DNA from: Candidatus Hydrogenedentota bacterium
Lineage (GTDB): Bacteria; Hydrogenedentota; Hydrogenedentia; Hydrogenedentales; JAEUWI01
Assembly: GCA_016791475.1 (NCBI GenBank)
Contig: JAEUWI010000010.1
Location: 20,352 to 84,351 of the forward strand
Direction: 5' to 3'
DNA length: 64,000 nucleotides
The notes below the pieces were generated by a model. The model made no database searches. It was not told the DNA's origin and saw only the letters and a program-made list of their open reading frames with translations. The position numbers and the translations under genes are program-made. How positions within the stretch are numbered: position 1 is the first letter of the stretch; each line of letters starts with the position of its first letter. This document shows, one piece after another, positions 29,406 to 39,777 of the stretch.

Positions 29406-30656
29406 ATGACCGTATCCATATCGGATGAATTTCAATCCTTCGACCAGCGCGCCGTCATCAAGGTGTGCGGCATCGGCGGCGGCGGCGGCAATGCCGTCAC
29501 CCGCATGATCGAGGCCGGCCTGTCGGACGTCGATTTCATCGCCATCAACACCGACGCCCAGGCCCTCAAGAATTCGCCCGCCGGTACCCGCCTCCAGGTG
29601 GGCGTGGAACTCACCGGTGGTCTCGGATCCGGCGCCCAGCCCGGCGTGGGCGCACGCGCCGCGGAAGAAGACCGCGAGCGCATCAAAGAAGTCCTCGGCG
29701 GCGCCGATATGGTCTTCTTGACCGCCGGTCTCGGCGGCGGCACCGGCACCGGCGCCTCGCCCATCGTCGCCCAGGAGGCCACCTCGAACGGAGCGCTCAC
29801 CGTCGCCATCGTGACCCTGCCCTTCAGCTTCGAAGGCAAAGAGCGCATGAATCTGGCCCTCCGCGGCCTGGCCGAGCTGGAGAAACACGTGGATACGCTC
29901 ATTGTCGTGCCCAATGATCGCGTCGCCACCCTCTGCCAGAACAATATGTCCCTCTTGAACGCCTTCAAGAACGCGGACGAAGTGCTCCACAACGGCGTCC
30001 GCGCCATCTCCGAACTGATCACCATCCCCGGCCTGATCAACCTCGACTTTGCCGACGTTCGCACGATCATGCAGGCCCGGGGACGCGCCCTCATGGGCAT
30101 CGGCACCGCGGAGGGCGAAGATCGCGCCATTCGCGCCGCCCAGGAAGCGATCGTCTGCCCCCTCCTCGAACAGTCCAACATCAATGGGGCCATGGGCGTT
30201 ATCGTGAACATAAAAGGCGGCTGCGACATCGGCATGCGCGAAGTCCAGGAGGCCGTTACCGCCGTGAAGGATTCCGCGCACCCCGACGCCAACATCATCT
30301 TTGGCGCCGTAGTCGACGAGCAGGAGCGCCCCGAACTGCAGGTGACCGTCATCGCCGCCGGATTCCCCAAAGGCGTCTCCGAGGAGTTTCTCTCCTCCGA
30401 TGGCAAGAAGACCTACCTGGCCTCGGTGCCGCCGCCCCTCCCCGACCGGGAGCGCCGCAAGACCGTTCGCAAGGAGGAAAAGCCCGCCGCCGCACTGGCC
30501 GCGGAGGAAAAGTCCGCCCCCATGCCCGCGCCGCCGGAGGAGCAATTCCTGTTTCCCGACGAATCGACCCGAAGCAAGCCAGCCGCGCCTGAACCCGACG
30601 AGGATCTTGGCATTCCCGCGTTTCTTCGGAACCGCATGAAGAAGAAAAACAAATGA
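29406..30656 (+). CDS. ftsZ: cell division GTPase FtsZ
   Basis: tubulin signature GIGGGGGNAV, T7 loop NLDFADV; Pro/Ala-rich C-terminal linker. Confidence 0.92.
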   Translation: MTVSISDEFQSFDQRAVIKVCGIGGGGGNAVTRMIEAGLSDVDFIAINTDAQALKNSPAGTRLQVGVELTGGLGSGAQPGVGARAAEEDRERIKEVLGGADMVFLTAGLGGGTGTGASPIVAQEATSNGALTVAIVTLPFSFEGKERMNLALRGLAELEKHVDTLIVVPNDRVATLCQNNMSLLNAFKNADEVLHNGVRAISELITIPGLINLDFADVRTIMQARGRALMGIGTAEGEDRAIRAAQEAIVCPLLEQSNINGAMGVIVNIKGGCDIGMREVQEAVTAVKDSAHPDANIIFGAVVDEQERPELQVTVIAAGFPKGVSEEFLSSDGKKTYLASVPPPLPDRERRKTVRKEEKPAAALAAEEKSAPMPAPPEEQFLFPDESTRSKPAAPEPDEDLGIPAFLRNRMKKKNK

Positions 30657-31756
30657 TGGATCGTGCCACCTTCGTGAAGTTGCTGCAGCGCGCCGTGCAG
30701 AAAGACGCTTCGGATATCCATCTCAAGTCCGGAAGCCCCGTCTATTTCCGCGTCGACGGCCTCATGGGCGCCCAGGAGGGCGACACCCTGCAGAACGAGG
30801 ACATTGACAGCATCCTCAATGTGCTGCTCAGTCCCGAGCAAAAAGATTACTTCATGAAGCGTGGCGACCTGGACATGGCCTTCACCGAGAAGGGTGTGGG
30901 GCGTTTCCGTGTCAACATCTTCCGTCAGCGCGGCACGATTTCGCTGGTCATGCGCCGCATCAAGAACCGCATCCTCACCTTCGAGCAATTGAACCTGCCC
31001 CCGTCGGTCATGCGCTTCGCCACCATGCAGCGCGGCCTCGTCCTCATCACCGGCACCACCGGCAGCGGCAAGTCCACCGCACTGGCCGCGATTATCGACC
31101 ATATCAATTCCAATCGACGCTGCCACGTCGTCACCATCGAAGACCCCATCGAATACGTGCACAGCGATCGCGTCGCCGTGATCAACCAACGCGAAGTCAC
31201 CATCGACACCAAGGATTTCTCCTCCGCGCTGAAGGCCGTGATGCGCCAGGACCCCGATGTGATTCTCGTGGGCGAAATGCGCGACCTCGAAACTTTCCAG
31301 GCCGCCATCAGCGCCTCGGAAACCGGTCACCTCGTCTTCAGCACGCTCCACACCACCAACGTGATGCAGACCATCGACCGCATCATCGATCTATTCCCCT
31401 CCAACCAGCACGATCAGGTCCGGGCCCAGCTCGCCATGAACCTGCGCGCCATCATGTGCCTGCGCCTTCTCCCCAGGGCGAGCGGCGGCGGTCGCGTGCC
31501 CAATTGCGAGATCATGTTCACCAACCCCGGCATCAAGGCCCTCATCAAGGAAAACCGTATCACGCAGATGGACACCGCCATCAGCAACGGCCGCGATTCC
31601 GGCATGATCAGCTTCAATGAGAGTCTCCACGAGCTTATCAAGAAAGACCTCATCACCATCGACACCGCCGTCGAGATATCCGACAACCCCGAAGAGCTCA
31701 AGATGATCGTTCAGGGGATCCGCCTCAGTTCGGGACGCGGTGGCTTGTTGAAGTAG
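30653..31756 (+). CDS. pilT: PilT/PilU-family type IV pilus retraction ATPase
   Basis: Walker A GTTGSGKST, Asp box, His box (FSTLHTTN); 367 aa; ATGA overlap with ftsZ stop. Confidence 0.85.
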   Translation: MMDRATFVKLLQRAVQKDASDIHLKSGSPVYFRVDGLMGAQEGDTLQNEDIDSILNVLLSPEQKDYFMKRGDLDMAFTEKGVGRFRVNIFRQRGTISLVMRRIKNRILTFEQLNLPPSVMRFATMQRGLVLITGTTGSGKSTALAAIIDHINSNRRCHVVTIEDPIEYVHSDRVAVINQREVTIDTKDFSSALKAVMRQDPDVILVGEMRDLETFQAAISASETGHLVFSTLHTTNVMQTIDRIIDLFPSNQHDQVRAQLAMNLRAIMCLRLLPRASGGGRVPNCEIMFTNPGIKALIKENRITQMDTAISNGRDSGMISFNESLHELIKKDLITIDTAVEISDNPEELKMIVQGIRLSSGRGGLLK

Positions 31757-32131
31757 GTATTGGACGCAACAGCATCTTCCACCACGAAGGCCGCGAAGAG
31801 CACGAAGAAAAAAGAGGGAAGAACGCGTTCTTCAACGTTGATTACCCCTGCAGTCCAAGCAAGATCAAATTGAGTTCACTTATCAATTGTCTTTGCGCCC
31901 TCGCGCCTTTGCGTGCAATTTATCAGGAAGAAATTTCGCCAACAGTGACTGAAAGACCTCCGAATCCCCGCAAAGCCGTTGCCTCTGTTCTCTTCGTGTG
32001 CTTCGTGCCTTCGTGGAGAAGATCTTTTTTCAGCCATTCGAGCGATACAAAGACTATACTCTCCTTGCGCTCTCTGCGATATTTTGTGGCTGACTCTCTT
32101 TCAAGAATCACGGGTATCCATGCCTGAACGC

Positions 32132-33124
32132 CTATGGCGCGGCCGGCGCCGCCGGATCGTCTTCCGGCTTTTTCATCATGTCCGAAAACATCCGGATACT
32201 CGCCTGCTGTTGCTCGATGAAGCGTCGCACCCGCGCCGCGTCTTCCGGGGCCAGCGCCTCGTCCAGTTGCACCAGCGCATTCTCAAAGCCCTCCTCCATG
32301 CGGTTCATGCCCTCCGCACTTCCCGGCATCCCATTGTCGCCATCGGGCGGCAGAAGATTCTCCACCAGAATGTCCACCGTCACCGCACGCGCCTCCTCTG
32401 AGAGGCCACCCGCAAACATGCCCACCTGCATTTCCATCTGCTGGCGCAGCATCTTTTCCGGCAGCGCCTCCTGATAGGCGTTGAACTTTTCAAGTTCATC
32501 CGCATCCAGCACCTCCGCAACGCTCGCCATCAGATCTTCTTCGGAGGGCATCGTCAAATCCTCCGCCTTCTGCTCGCCCCGCATCATCGCCATGCCCCCC
32601 TCCATGGCCGCACGCTGGTGATTCGAAATGACCTCCCGCAGGGCCGCCTCCTTCTCGGGGTCAAGACCCAGCTCGGTGAAGAGCTGCCCATACTGCATGT
32701 CCACCGCCATGTTGAGACTTGCGTCCATCATGGCCTGGCCCCGCTCGCCCTCGTACATCGCCGCGAAGGGATTGGCCGACTTGTCGCCTTCCGCCGGCGC
32801 CGCGCCATCGCCTGCCGAGGCGTCTTTACCCGCATTGAAGAGTCCCTTGAGCAAGGCGGTCGGATCGATCTCCGGGCTCGCGCTCTCCGGCTCGACACTT
32901 CCGGCAAGCGTGCCTTTCTCCAATGTCGCAATCTTCTCCTGCAGCGTCGTCTGCTGTTGCTCCAGTGCGGCTACCTTCGCGGATGACTCCGCCAGTGAAG
33001 CCGTTAGCCGATCATTTTCGGCTACTTGGCTAACCAGCGACGACAGCTTTTGCTGCTGCAATACGAGCAGCGCCACCAGCACCATCGCCACAATCCAACC
33101 GCCAGCCATTATCAAGTTCTTCAT
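32132..33124 (-). CDS. hypothetical N-terminally anchored periplasmic coiled-coil, Met/Glu-rich protein
   Basis: ORF track; TM at N-terminus, coiled-coil QQQKLSSLVSQVAE..., Met-rich segments; high GC3. Confidence 0.55.
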   Translation of the reverse strand: MKNLIMAGGWIVAMVLVALLVLQQQKLSSLVSQVAENDRLTASLAESSAKVAALEQQQTTLQEKIATLEKGTLAGSVEPESASPEIDPTALLKGLFNAGKDASAGDGAAPAEGDKSANPFAAMYEGERGQAMMDASLNMAVDMQYGQLFTELGLDPEKEAALREVISNHQRAAMEGGMAMMRGEQKAEDLTMPSEEDLMASVAEVLDADELEKFNAYQEALPEKMLRQQMEMQVGMFAGGLSEEARAVTVDILVENLLPPDGDNGMPGSAEGMNRMEEGFENALVQLDEALAPEDAARVRRFIEQQQASIRMFSDMMKKPEDDPAAPAAP

Positions 33125-33294
33125 GAGTTACGCCCTCCTGCGGCGAAGCGCCGCGTTCATACCCCAGCCAGCCCCTTACCGGTCCGATGTCCGCAAGTGG
33201 CATAATGGCGTCAAATTTCTTCCGTGTCTATAGTACTCCCTCGCCGCAAACATATTCATCGTGGAACCGGAGCCTTCGGAGAACGAATCCCAGC

Positions 33295-35112
33295 ATGCTG
33301 AACGCGACCCTCCTCGGTCTACTCCAACTCTTCGGGGCCGTCACCGATATTGACGCGGCCCTTCGCGGCACGCTCAAGGGGGAGGGACCCTCCGTCGCCG
33401 CCGCCCAGGCGGCCTGGGCGGACACCCTCGGCCTGCGCGCCACCACGACTTCGGGACTAATCGGCTCCGGGAAAGGCATCGCGCTCGCCAATATCGATCC
33501 CGCCTCTCTCCAAGGTGAGATTCCAGAGGGAGCGCGTATTGCGCACTATGTTGAAGTCTCCGGACAGGGCCCCGATCCCCTCCACCTCTTTGTTCCACTG
33601 CCCCAGGATGGCAACGAGGTCGTCGTCTACCGCCGCGTGGAAAAGGGCCTCTTCGTTGAGCCCGCCGAGGCCTCCCAGCGCGTGGGGGACTACTTGAAGG
33701 TTGCCGTCCGCGCACCCGGTCGCTTCGTCGTCCACCAGCCCGCAGCGCCCGGCGAAGGCAAACTTCTTTTTCCCGAGACGCCCGAGCCCGTGGACGATCC
33801 CGCCCTGAAATGGTACTGGCGCGTCGTCCGCGAAGCCCCCGCCGAGGCCAACGGCCCCATTCCTCTCCTCCTGATTCACGGCACCGGCATCGACCGCTGG
33901 CACGAGTTCATCCACTGGGTACGCTTCAGCCCGGAAGCGGCCGATTTTCGAAGCCACTACCAGGTCTGGAACTACATCCAGCACACCGACGGTATCGACG
34001 CGCCCATCGGCTTTGATCCCGCCTGTCCCCGCTTCGAGGAAAGTATCATCGCCTACCTCTATCGCCTCCTCGAAAAGGCCGCCGTGGATGGTGTCGAAAC
34101 CGAAGGCCAGCGCTACTGGTTTCCGGCAGAGGGTCCCATCGCCCTTATGTCCCACAGCCACGGTGCCCTCAAAGCCCGGGCCTTCATGGTGAACTATCCC
34201 GAATACGGCGACCGCGTCCTGGCGGCCATCCTCATCGGCGGCCCCAACATGGGCACCCCCTGGGCCACGCCCGAATGGATGCGCCACACGGCCTCACGCA
34301 TCGGTTTGGTGAATCCCGGCATCGACGAGCGCCTCGTTGAAAACATCATGTCCACCACCTTCTTCTCCAGCGGGTCCCAGTGCGATCTCGATATGGGCTG
34401 GGGCAACTACGACGCCGGTGGCGCGGGCGGCCTCCCCTATGCGCGATTCACCACCTGGACCCGCGACAGCGGCCGAAGCCAGCGCGTTCTTTCCGCCCGC
34501 GACGCCAACGTCACCGGGGCGCGGAACCTGCCGGGCATTGAAGATACCACCTTCGAGCCCCAGAAACCCCTGGGCACCTGGTGCGGCGGCCTGGAGCATA
34601 TCACTCCGCGCGCCCGGGGCGACCGCTATGCGGACAAGTGCTTCCTCTACGGCAGTTACCTCGACAGAAACCGGGGCTGGTTCGATATGCTTCGGCGCGC
34701 CGACGACGGCGTCACACCTACCGGGGAGAGCCTCATCAACAACACGGGCCTCCGCATCGCAAACGTGCTCATGGGAATTGTGGCGTCTGAAGGGGGCGAC
34801 TGGCCCCTCAGCCCCTACCGCGTGGGCGACGGCTTCATTCCCCTTCAGAGCCAGCTCATGCTCGACGGCCGTGAGGACCGCTTCATCTATCAGACCCGCG
34901 AAGTCGCCGGGTGGACCCTGCCCCGCGCGCCGATCCAGCTCGATCACGACCTCATCAACGCCCACACCCTCGCCGACCCCGCGAAAATTCGCGTCTGGCC
35001 CGGCTGGAGTCATTTCGACACCGTCACCGGCCGCTACAACCAGGCAACCGGTCATAGCGAATTCTTTGCAAGCATCGGCAGAGACCTCATGGGTGTACTG
35101 CCCGAATCCTGA
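33295..35112 (+). CDS. alpha/beta-hydrolase fold protein (lipase/PGAP1-like)
   Basis: LLLIHGTG oxyanion region and MSHSHGA nucleophile elbow; ORF track 33187..35112, start chosen at MLNATLL with upstream GGAG. Confidence 0.55.
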   Translation: MLNATLLGLLQLFGAVTDIDAALRGTLKGEGPSVAAAQAAWADTLGLRATTTSGLIGSGKGIALANIDPASLQGEIPEGARIAHYVEVSGQGPDPLHLFVPLPQDGNEVVVYRRVEKGLFVEPAEASQRVGDYLKVAVRAPGRFVVHQPAAPGEGKLLFPETPEPVDDPALKWYWRVVREAPAEANGPIPLLLIHGTGIDRWHEFIHWVRFSPEAADFRSHYQVWNYIQHTDGIDAPIGFDPACPRFEESIIAYLYRLLEKAAVDGVETEGQRYWFPAEGPIALMSHSHGALKARAFMVNYPEYGDRVLAAILIGGPNMGTPWATPEWMRHTASRIGLVNPGIDERLVENIMSTTFFSSGSQCDLDMGWGNYDAGGAGGLPYARFTTWTRDSGRSQRVLSARDANVTGARNLPGIEDTTFEPQKPLGTWCGGLEHITPRARGDRYADKCFLYGSYLDRNRGWFDMLRRADDGVTPTGESLINNTGLRIANVLMGIVASEGGDWPLSPYRVGDGFIPLQSQLMLDGREDRFIYQTREVAGWTLPRAPIQLDHDLINAHTLADPAKIRVWPGWSHFDTVTGRYNQATGHSEFFASIGRDLMGVLPES

Positions 35113-35192
35113 TCGCGCCCCCGCTGGTCATTGTATTGGGGCGTGCCAATATGTCACGTTATGCCCGGTGCAATCCGATGAAAGGCCCTGTC

Positions 35193-36242
35193 ATGTCCGA
35201 AAAACCGTCTGCCAGCCCGAACCGCATCACCGCTGTTGACCAACTCCGCGGCTACGCCATCTTCGGCATGCTTGTCGTCAACGCCAGCGGCTACTTCAAC
35301 TTCAAGACCGAGCAGATCAGCCACCACCGCGACTGGTTCTCCTACGCCGACACCATCGCGCCCCTCTTCCTCTTCGTCGTCGGCATGGGCATGCGCCTTT
35401 CCTGGCTGAATCGCGCCGAAAAAGTCGGTAGTTCCGAAGCGCGCTGGGCCATGGCCAAGCGATTCACCGTCCTCGTTCTCATCGGCTTCACCATCTACGG
35501 CGGATGGCTCTGGGACGCCCTCACCGATATTGGCCTCTGCGGACTGCTGGCCCTTTTTCTCATCGACAAAGCTCCCGCCATCCGCATCGGCGCCGCCTTC
35601 GTCTACCTTGGCATCTATCAGGCCATGTTCTCCTGGACTATCTACGGCGACTGGGTCACTCGCGCCATCAGCTTCACCGGCGACAACGCCGCGCCCGTGC
35701 CCCTGTTGATCCGGGCCATTCCCCAGTGGGAAGAACTCTTCGAGGTCTCCCTCAATGGCGGTCCGCTTGGACCTCTGAGCTGGGTGATGATGCTTCTCTT
35801 CGGCTCCCTCGCCTATGATCTCCTCGCCGCGCGCGATGAAAAGAAATTCATCAGCGGCTGCCTGGCGTGGGGGATTGGCCTGTGCGTGGCGGGCTACCTC
35901 ATCCACATCCCCTGGGGCGAGGCCAAACCCGAATGGCCCACCACGGCCTACCTCATGACCGCACCCTTCCCCCTATGGTCCACCGGCCTCTGCTTCCTCA
36001 CCCTGCTGATCTTCTATCTGATCTGCGATAAAGTCGGCTTCGAAATCCCCACCTTCACCGCCCTCGGCATGAACCCCCTCTTCATCTACATCCTCCAGTC
36101 CCTCGTGCTCAATACCCTCGAAGATTTCGAAATCGAAGGCCTCACCCGCGCCACCGGCATCCCCCTCTTCATCGCCTTCTACGGAGCCATCGCCGGACTC
36201 GCCTGGTGGATGAAACAACGCAAGATCTTCGTGAAGATATAA
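35193..36242 (+). CDS. DUF1624/HGSNAT-like acyltransferase-family membrane protein
   Basis: AVDQLRGYAIFGMLVVN N-terminal signature; ~10 TM. Confidence 0.6.
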   Translation: MSEKPSASPNRITAVDQLRGYAIFGMLVVNASGYFNFKTEQISHHRDWFSYADTIAPLFLFVVGMGMRLSWLNRAEKVGSSEARWAMAKRFTVLVLIGFTIYGGWLWDALTDIGLCGLLALFLIDKAPAIRIGAAFVYLGIYQAMFSWTIYGDWVTRAISFTGDNAAPVPLLIRAIPQWEELFEVSLNGGPLGPLSWVMMLLFGSLAYDLLAARDEKKFISGCLAWGIGLCVAGYLIHIPWGEAKPEWPTTAYLMTAPFPLWSTGLCFLTLLIFYLICDKVGFEIPTFTALGMNPLFIYILQSLVLNTLEDFEIEGLTRATGIPLFIAFYGAIAGLAWWMKQRKIFVKI

Positions 36243-36410
36243 ACCCCATAGGGACAGGGTCGCCCCACGACGCCGAATCGGCAAAGCCAACTTCGCGTCA
36301 CACTAGGCGCAAAAATACGAGTCATGCACCCTAACCGGCGGGCCTGCTCTGGAAATAAACAGGCAGGCCGCGAAGAGAGATGCGATGACTACCGTCAACA
36401 CTGGAACGTA

Positions 36411-36499
36411 CCCCCCGTACCACCCCGCAAGCGGGGGGACCAGGAGGTTCGTTCTTGTGAGTAAGGTCTCCCTGCTCGCGGGGGGGGGGGGAGGGGGGT
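36411..36499. repeat. G/C-hairpin repeat element (CCCCGCAAGCGGGGGG-ACCAGGAGGTTCG...) ending in a G12-A-G6 homopolymer tract; family copy at 54001..54137
   Basis: shared CCCCGCAAGCGGG-GGACCA-GGTTC architecture with the 54-kb tandem repeat. Confidence 0.55.
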
Positions 36500-36524
36500 A
36501 AAGCTCGGACCTGATTTTCTTGAT

Positions 36525-37160
36525 CTATGGGTGACCCGAAGCGTCATGGGTGACGGTCTTCTCTAAACTTCGGGGTACAAAAGTCGCCAGGAGATAGCGC
36601 TTGCCGCCTTCCAGCGTTTTTCTTGCCAAAGCGGGATCGCTGATCGTGCGTGCCATGGTCAAGGTGCCGACGAGGGCCGAATATAAGTTAATGGCCTTCG
36701 CCAGGTTTTCCTCCGGTGGATCATCGGGGAACTGATCCTTAAGCGCGGCGGCGAACATCCCATAGATCCGGATCATGTGCTGCTCATACAGCGCGCGATG
36801 TCCCGCCTTACACCGCTGCATGTCCGTGCTCAGGGACGTAAATGCACAACTCGACCCAACATCGGTCAGACTGCGTTCGGAAAGATGATCTTCTATCATC
36901 CCTTTGAGTGCGACGGAGCCCTCCACTTCAAATCGCATTGCCAGGTTCGCTTCCAGGCGGGCCAGATCGTGGCAAACCGCCTGGGCAAAAAGATCGTCCT
37001 TGGATTTGAAGTGGCTGTAAAGCGCGCCGCGCGATAGACCCGCGTATTTCATGATTTGATCCGTGCCCGCCTCGCCGCGACCGTGCTTCTTCAGATAGGC
37101 GATGGCCCGGTCCAGAATCACCGTCTTCAGTTTCTCTTTCTCGCCCTTGCGGGTCTTCAT
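36525..37160 (-). CDS. TetR/AcrR family transcriptional regulator
   Basis: HTH LKTVILDRAIAYLKKHGRGEAGTDQIMKYAGLSRGALYSHFKSKDDLF. Confidence 0.85.
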   Translation of the reverse strand: MKTRKGEKEKLKTVILDRAIAYLKKHGRGEAGTDQIMKYAGLSRGALYSHFKSKDDLFAQAVCHDLARLEANLAMRFEVEGSVALKGMIEDHLSERSLTDVGSSCAFTSLSTDMQRCKAGHRALYEQHMIRIYGMFAAALKDQFPDDPPEENLAKAINLYSALVGTLTMARTISDPALARKTLEGGKRYLLATFVPRSLEKTVTHDASGHP

Positions 37161-37343
37161 GCGCGCCTCCAATCGAAATTCTGCGGGCAAAACTCGATGA
37201 TTACGATGCAGAACGACATCGTAATGCGAGTCCTTAGTGAAATTATAGCAGGAACTTACGTGGTGCGTAAAGTTATTATTGCATTTTAAAACAGTTCTGT
37301 ATTAAAATTAAGTCGCACTGGAAGCGCTACCGGAGAAAGAGCC

Positions 37344-38135
37344 ATGAAACAGACCAGGGTTATTGAAGATGAATTCCAGGGGCAGCGCGTGCTGGTAACC
37401 GGGGGAACCAAGGGCACGGGGCGGGCTATCGCGGACCGCTTTCTCCGGGGGGGCGCGACATTCGTTGTCACCGCCCGTCAGGAACCCGATTCCGCGTCGG
37501 GGGCCCACTTTATCCAGGCGGATCTTTCCTCGCTCGAGGGCTGCAATGCCGTCGTCGATCAGGTCATGGAACAGCTTCAGGGCATCGACATCATCATTCA
37601 CAACGTAGGTGGATCCTCGGCACCGAGCGGGGGCTTCGCCACCGTTAGCGACGAGATCTGGCAGCAGAACCTGAATGAGAATCTCTTTCCCGCCGTGCGT
37701 CTGGACCGCGCGTTGCTGCCCGCCATGATCGCCCGGGGAAGAGGCGCCATCATTCACATTTCATCCATACAGCGGACCTTGCCTTTGTTCGATTCGACCC
37801 TGGCCTATGCCGCCGCCAAGGCTGCCCTGAGCAACTACAGCAAGGGCCTGTCGAAGGAGGTGAGCCCAAAAGGCATCCGCGTCAATTCCGTCGCACCGGG
37901 CTTCATCGAGACCGATGCGGCACAACGCATGATTCAACGCATGGCGGAGCACAATAATAGCGACGCGGCCACCGCGCGCGAATCGATTATGGAAATGCTC
38001 GGAGGAATACCCCTGGGCCGCCCCAATCGCCCGGACGAAGTCGCCGAGCTCGTCGCGTTTCTCGCGTCGGATCGAGCGTCATCCATTACAGGTTGTGAAT
38101 ATGTCATCGACGGTGGAACCATCCCCACAATCTAG
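37344..38135 (+). CDS. SDR family oxidoreductase
   Basis: VLVTGGTKGTGRAIA cofactor motif, S...YxxxK catalytic (YAAAKAA). Confidence 0.85.
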   Translation: MKQTRVIEDEFQGQRVLVTGGTKGTGRAIADRFLRGGATFVVTARQEPDSASGAHFIQADLSSLEGCNAVVDQVMEQLQGIDIIIHNVGGSSAPSGGFATVSDEIWQQNLNENLFPAVRLDRALLPAMIARGRGAIIHISSIQRTLPLFDSTLAYAAAKAALSNYSKGLSKEVSPKGIRVNSVAPGFIETDAAQRMIQRMAEHNNSDAATARESIMEMLGGIPLGRPNRPDEVAELVAFLASDRASSITGCEYVIDGGTIPTI

Positions 38136-38145
38136 GAGAAAAACC

Positions 38146-38481
38146 ATGACCATCGAACTCACCGGTGCAATCAAGCAGTACGTCGAGGCCTGCAACCGCC
38201 ACGATGTGCAATCGGCCCTGGCCAGTTTTTCCGAGGAGGCCGTAGTACACGATGAGGGGGCAACCCATCGCGGCGCGAAGGCGATAGAATCCTGGCTCGC
38301 CGATACGATGGATCAGTTCCGGTTTCAACTCAAACCTGTCCGAAGCCTGGTCGATGGTGAACATGAGGTGGTGAGTATGGAAGTCTCCGGCAACTTCGAC
38401 GGTAGCCCGGTGATCCTGGATTCTCGATTTCAGATTGAGGACGGAGAAATCGCATCACTGGAGATAGGCTACGCATCATAG
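38146..38481 (+). CDS. SnoaL/NTF2-like (ketosteroid isomerase-like) small protein
   Basis: 111 aa from MTIELTG; divergent from TetR with SDR, typical cassette. Confidence 0.6.
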   Translation: MTIELTGAIKQYVEACNRHDVQSALASFSEEAVVHDEGATHRGAKAIESWLADTMDQFRFQLKPVRSLVDGEHEVVSMEVSGNFDGSPVILDSRFQIEDGEIASLEIGYAS

Positions 38482-38909
38482 GCCGCCATTCCGAGCGCTC
38501 CGCATCACCCATGCGAGAGAAGAAATGACTAGATTCCCCCGCCCCTCACTCAAGTGGGTGGTCCACGAGATTCACTTTGCCATTAAAGTTTCCCCCGATG
38601 GCGGGGGGCGGGGGGGCAGGTGATGGGAGTAGCAATGACAGTCGTGCCGCTCCTGCCATTTTTCGGATCCATTGTCGCAGCAATGGCCTCGGTCCCATTG
38701 TCTACGGGATTATACGCTACTCGTGAACGCAAATTGCATATCGTCAGCCCAGCGTTTCTGTGCAACCAATTCTTCGCTATGGCAACCTCTACGAAGCTGC
38801 GAATCATTGCACTCCTGAAGCCGAAATCCTGTGCCATCGCTCGCTTTTCAATTGAGGTCCAGAAGTGTACGGCATCTGTCTGAGACGGGTCCCGCCTGTG
38901 ATTTTGGCG

Positions 38910-39635
38910 TCACTCGCTCAAAATGTCCCCGGGCGTCGAGCAATCTTCCCCCAGTCGATTCAGCGATTGCTGAATCGCTTCACGCGCCTGCGCCAACCCC
39001 GACTTGTCCGGAAGCTGGTCGGTTGTGAGGCAGCGCTCCAGATCGCCCAGAAACACCAGGTATTCCCGCAATTGATTCGCCGGTATTGGAACGGAATCCC
39101 AGGACTTCAAAAATAATTCATGCCCATGCCGGGAACCATCCAGAAGCGAGTACCTAATTTTGACTACCGATTCGCGCCTCATGGGAAATCGCCAGAGATG
39201 GGTTGCGTGCGATATTGTCGCAGAAGCGATCTCCTCCTGCATGAATCGAAAGGTCGATTCGGAAAGTCCTCGCAAGCCCAATTTCATGGAATCCATCCTG
39301 AGCTTAAACGTAGTCGGTGCAAAAATGTAGTAGCTGGTTCGAACGCGAGGGATGGAGCACGTCAATGCCAACAATCCTGTCAACATGATTGGGCCGCCTG
39401 TAACCTGAAGGCTCCCGCCATGCCACGAGCGGAGTTTTACCGTCACGATAAATCCCGCAACCAGCATCAGCAGCCCCACGGCGCCTGCGACAAAGTTGTA
39501 CCAGCGCGCGACTCTGAGCCACCCAGGGCTGGACCTGAAATCCTGAAAGTAATACTCGGTTGGGGGTTCATCGCCTTCCCAGAACATAGCCGCACGCCTC
39601 CAATCTTTGCTGCCCACAATACACTTCAGCATCAC
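38910..39635 (-). CDS. hypothetical membrane-anchored protein (2 TM), low-GC islet
   Basis: ORF track; GC about 50%; no family recognised. Confidence 0.45.
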   Translation of the reverse strand: MMLKCIVGSKDWRRAAMFWEGDEPPTEYYFQDFRSSPGWLRVARWYNFVAGAVGLLMLVAGFIVTVKLRSWHGGSLQVTGGPIMLTGLLALTCSIPRVRTSYYIFAPTTFKLRMDSMKLGLRGLSESTFRFMQEEIASATISHATHLWRFPMRRESVVKIRYSLLDGSRHGHELFLKSWDSVPIPANQLREYLVFLGDLERCLTTDQLPDKSGLAQAREAIQQSLNRLGEDCSTPGDILSE

Positions 39636-39777
39636 GCGGATCTGAAAAGTATTCTGGATGATCGCCGTGATGCAATTCCAATGGCAACATTGCGTCCCCT
39701 TCCTCCACCTTGCTACCCTGATCCCATGGCGAGCATCCGCTGGTCATGCAGGACTCAGGCCCCCGTGGAGACGCCCA

